This document shows, one piece after another, positions 59,326 through 64,000 of a stretch of DNA of 64,000 nucleotides. The stretch lies in NCBI RefSeq assembly GCF_009914755.1, contig NC_060938.1; one strand, 5' to 3'. Origin of the DNA: the human T2T-CHM13v2.0 reference genome, Homo sapiens. The notes beneath the pieces were generated by a model. It was not told where the DNA came from, did no database searches, and worked only from the letters and a program-made list of their open reading frames with translations. The number at the start of each line of letters is the position of its first letter. Position 1 is the stretch's first letter. Position numbers and translations under genes: made by a program.

Positions 59326-59463
59326 TTAAAAAATTTTGCCAAAGGAAAGTAGAAAATAGGAAAGGCAAGATGAAGCCAGTGGAGAAATGAACATTTAAAA
59401 TACACCTTGCATGGTCTTAGGCACTTTTTAGGGACAGAAGGAAAAGGTGCTTCCCATCATGCT

Positions 59464-59478
59464 CCACCAGGGGGCACT
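59464..59478 (+). promoter_or_regulatory. CTCF core motif
   Basis: CCACCAGGGGGCACT, near-perfect match to CCASYAGRKGGCRS. Confidence 0.6.
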
Positions 59479-60123
59479 GAACTTGTGACAGTTTATCCTT
59501 TTTTCGCTTTTGAAGTCACTCACATTCTCAATAATACACATGACCAGCTAGATGCTAACCATGCATTGGCTAAATTAATACCTTCAATCTTTAGAAAAAC
59601 AGAGCATTTTTTTTAGTTGCCAACACAATATTTCCTGTATGCCTTTTCCCCAGAGGGCAGAGGGAAGAATAGATGAGAAACAGTTCCTCTGAACTGATAG
59701 AGCATGTGTGAGTTCAGCCTAATGTCATTATGTCAGATTGGATCTGAGTTACAGTGACCACTTAGACATCATGCAATTTGGTGATAAAAGAAAGGTCTGT
59801 TTTTCAGCTGTGGTCTCTTAACTAGCTACAAATGATCACCAGGCTGACTGCTTCATGTACTCTTTCTCTCATCATCCTACTACACAGATTTGCTTTGTGG
59901 AATTTTATTGACTCTATATTCTTTGAAGTACTTTGCTTGACATACTTGCTGAGGGGAAAATGTTCTAACAAGTGAATGAAGCCTTAGTAGCCTAATATTA
60001 GTACCTCTAAATCGACAGCTCTGAAGAATATATAAAAAATTAATGCACGAAGGACACTGCCTGGCATGTAAGTGCTATAAAAGTAATTGCTTCTATGCTG
60101 ATCGAAAGAAGCAATTAGAAATA

Positions 60124-60710
<587 letters not shown>

Positions 60711-61144
60711 TACTTCCCATTCTCCAGATTAGTCCTCATATTCAAGCCTCAAATAATTAAAGAGATAGAATCACCTACAATTTCAGCAAAATCATTAAAG
60801 TTGTTTTTTGTTTTGAAAGAAATGTCAAAAAACAGCAAGACTTCAAGTCTGTTAACTGTTAGTGTTCCAAGTGGTTGAAATAAGAGGATTTATGGAGCCT
60901 TAGGGTTTCAGCCTGAAGCCAGAGATTAATGCCAAATGCTTTTCTTTAACTGATATTTTTCTTCAGGCAAAGTCATCCTTGAGGCTACTGGAAAGTCATG
61001 GCAATTGAAATACAGAAAGGTGTATATATGTAGGAGTCTCCCAAATAGAAGACTTCATGGTAAAATTTGGCAAATAATGACTTAAATCCTCTTGAGAACA
61101 TCTGAGTGAAATTGATGCTTATAAGCCATTTTTAAAAATTAATA

Positions 61145-61405
61145 ACGATAAATAATAGCAACAGCCAACATTTATTGAACACTCAATTTTGTGTCAGGTG
61201 CTGTTCTAAATACTTAAAATCTGTTGCATTATATAAACCTCACAATTACCTTACGAGGTAGGTAGAGGTTTTACAGGTGATGAAACTGAATATTTACAGA
61301 GAGGTTAAGTAATTTGCCAGAAGTCTAACATGCAGTGTGTGGTACAGCCAATTTCAAACCCAGACCATCTGACTCTATAACCCTTTATAATTTCTATACA
61401 TCATG
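61145..61405 (-). mobile_element. MIR in the putative M1-M2 intron
   Basis: aacatttattgaacact..ttttacaggtgatgaaactga..gaggttaagtaatttgcc. Confidence 0.8.
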
Positions 61406-61516
61406 CCTTCATACACCCATACAGATGAAGACATATGAATCAAACAGCTCCCCACTTTGGCTTCTTGGCTGACTCAATGGCTCATGATAATTAGATGGTG
61501 TATGAAACCTACTTAC

Positions 61517-63285
61517 TATAATCAGAATTGGTAGGTTAATCTAAGAAGTCCATGGGTGTGGAAGAATCATGATAAATGACAAATATATTTAATTAGATTC
61601 TTTTGATGTCCTTGAGGACAACTTTCACACAAAATAAATATTATTTAGAGTTATACTGGATTTTAAAATTAATCTTTGACTCATTAAAGTAATAACTATC
61701 CATAATAGTTTTTTTCTTAAAAGTTTCCATTTAGCTTAAAATATTCTGACTTTACATATAAATGTAGGAAATGTCAACAATTACTTCTAAGAAAAGCTTT
61801 ATAACTTCTTAGACCTAACTTATACATTACAATTATCCTAAGCATTTAAAAATATCATTAATAAATTCCTTTTAAGAATTTTGAGGCTGGGCACAGTGGT
61901 GCATGCCTGTAATCCTAGCAGTCTGGGAGGCCAAGGCAGGAGGATTGCTTGAACCCAGGAGTTTAAGATCAGCCTGGGCAACATAGGAAGGCCTCCATCT
62001 CTCCAAAAAAAAAAAAAAAAAAAAATTAGCCAGGCATGGTGGTGCATGACTGTGGTCTCAGCTACTCAGGAGGCTGTGGTTAGGAGGATTGCTTGAGCCT
62101 GGGAAGTCAAGGTTGCAGTGAGTCGTGATCGCGCCACTGCACTCCAGCCTGGGAAGACCCCATCTTGAAGAAGAAAAAAATGATTTTGACAAAATTCTTC
62201 AAGTATTTAAATAACTCTCATTGTCTAATGGAATAAAGTATAAATATAGTAAATTTTGAGTTCTCACAATACTACAGTAGTATTTATGAACTTAAAAATT
62301 TTTATATGTTTATATTAAAAATCAGACTGATACATTTTTAAAACTAAAATGTGCAAGATGGAAACTATGCATCAAATTTTCTCAATAAAAAAATGAACTA
62401 TACACAATTATTACGAGTATAATTAACTTCAATACCTCTAATCTTAATTATAAATTTCCTCAGTTTAAAGTCACTTATTCCCAACAGATAGTTTTATCAC
62501 CTCAAGAATTTAGAATTTCTTTCCCAGGTAAACTTGGGGTTATCTTCTCAGCCAAATGAGGTTCATATTTGTCAAAGATTTGGGAGTACTGTGAAGTCTG
62601 CAGCTGTAGGAACCCAGGTGTTTTTTTGAATAGAGGTAGAATTCTTTTTATATTGACTATGCTCGTGAGGACCTCAAATCTATTCCTCCAAGTGAGTCCC
62701 TGGGATGTAAGTTACACATTCCCTCATTCTCAAAGCTGATTTATATCGACAAACTTCACCTAAGTTGCTTCATTATTTGATTAAACCAACGAATTTATTG
62801 ACTGTTTGATACTGTTATTCTTTTCAGATTTTTCCTATATATCAACACAACAACACTTGCAGATATTTATGTGATAACCCATCTCATTCTGAATATCTCT
62901 TAAGTCTTTTGGTAAATTATCAAGTGAAGTTAAGGACATACATCTGTTTTATTTTAATTTAAAATATATCAATGTACAAGTATTTGCCAAAAAGCATGGG
63001 CTTTTCTTTGAATAAGGATATACTAAAAGAGTTTGTCCTTCTTGCATAAACCATAACAATGGTGCATTCTTTGTGATATTCTTTTGGAATAAGGACTTAA
63101 AAACACTTGTGAGGCAATCTGAGTTCAAGATCACTCCAGATCGTTGCAATTTCCCATCCGCATGTTTTACAACAGTTTTTCAATTTTTTTAAGTGGTTTG
63201 CTTTTATCATGTCTTTCCAAGGCATTTCAAACTTAGTTTTCCTATAAGCAATGTTTTTCTTTTTATTATCCTATTCAAGAAGTGT
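61517..63285 (-). pseudogene. Fossil ZNF862-like hAT module M1 (5' part cut by L1M / outside window)
   Basis: In order: NIAYRKTKFEMPWKDM, ITKNAPLLWFMQEG (ORF 62949-63149), MSLTSLD..IQNEMGYHINIC, QGLTWRNRFEVLTSIV, KIRGIEV, RQ*ELFK, EVIKL..LLTFPT..S*METFK..KIQYNS. Donor ata|gtaagt at 61517. Confidence 0.65.
61885..62180 (+). mobile_element. AluJ inserted in module M1
   Basis: aggattgcttga in both arms. TSD aa(g/t)(a/g)attttga. Confidence 0.9.
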
Positions 63286-63294
63286 ATATAATAT

Positions 63295-64000
63295 TTTATC
63301 AAATTAAATAATTACAAATAAAAATCAGTAACACAACTGACTCCAGATGGTCATACATGCTAACTTACAGGAGGAGTAATGTACATGTGTATTATCAGAG
63401 AAAAGCCTTTAAGCTATGAGCACTTAATGTCTTTTGTAGAGGAAATGGAAAAATATTAACTCAAGAAGAAACAGAAAATCTGAATAACAAGTAAAGAAAT
63501 TGAATTATTAATTAAAAATCCTTCCACAAAGAAAACCCCAGGCCTGGAGGCTTCACTGTTTAATTTTATCAAATATTTCATACAAAATAATGCCAATCCT
63601 CACAAACATTTTTAGAAAATAGAGGAGGAGGCAATACTAATTAATACATTCTATGAGGTCATTACAACTGCAATATCAAAGCCAAAGAAATTGTAAGAAA
63701 TGAAAACTACAGACCAATATCTCTCATGAATATAGACAAAAATGTTCTTAATACATTATTAACAAATAGAATTCAGCAACATATAGAAAGGCTAATATAC
63801 CGTGACCAAGTGGGATTTAGTCTAGGAATTCAGGGTTGGTTTAACATTTGAAAAAATCAGTTAGTTTAATGTACCGTATTATAGGAATAAAGCACAAAAC
63901 CATATGGTGATCTCAACAGACTTAGGAAAAGCATTTGACCAAATCTAATGCCTATTCATAATAAAAACTCTTGAAAAACTGGCAATAGAGGAGAACTTTC
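63295..64000 (+). mobile_element. Old L1M ORF2 (RT-upstream) fragment
   Basis: aaaccccaggcct.gaggcttcact.., aaaactacagaccaatatctctcatgaa, aaagcatttgac. Confidence 0.85.

Noticed and set aside
60900-61080. Faint resemblance (FAK..YLG..DDF..FRLKP) to the SPEF2 N-terminus
   Set aside because: It requires mixing frames; the TTF-finger reading fits better and is followed by the expected hAT motif.

Overview
Primate (hominoid-like: AluY, L1PA3, MER11) genomic DNA. About two-thirds is interspersed repeat, and I found no intact protein-coding gene. Every long ORF in the supplied track comes from L1, Alu or LTR sequence. The main observation came from hand-translating the unique DNA between the repeats on the minus strand. 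Almost all of it is the decayed remnant of a tandem array of about 11 ZNF862/PRDM11-like modules, each a TTF-type zinc finger, a hAT transposase RNase-H-like core and a hAT C-terminal dimerisation domain. All modules face the same way, several are bracketed by good splice acceptor/donor sites, and the array runs off both ends of the window. I interpret it as a giant fossil gene (or tandem gene cluster) built from domesticated hAT transposases, probably inactivated more than 100 My ago, since MIR, MIR3 and old MaLR/ERVL elements sit inside the reading frames. The ZNF862 comparisons were made by eye from recalled sequence and need confirmation by tblastn/HMM. Secondary items: a full-length L1PA3-type element with an extended open ORF0, an L1 with multiple internal deletions, a MER11 LTR with an anomalous 20-bp flanking duplication, an Alu+L1 unit inside one TSD, a strong CTCF motif, and candidate antisense non-coding exons.
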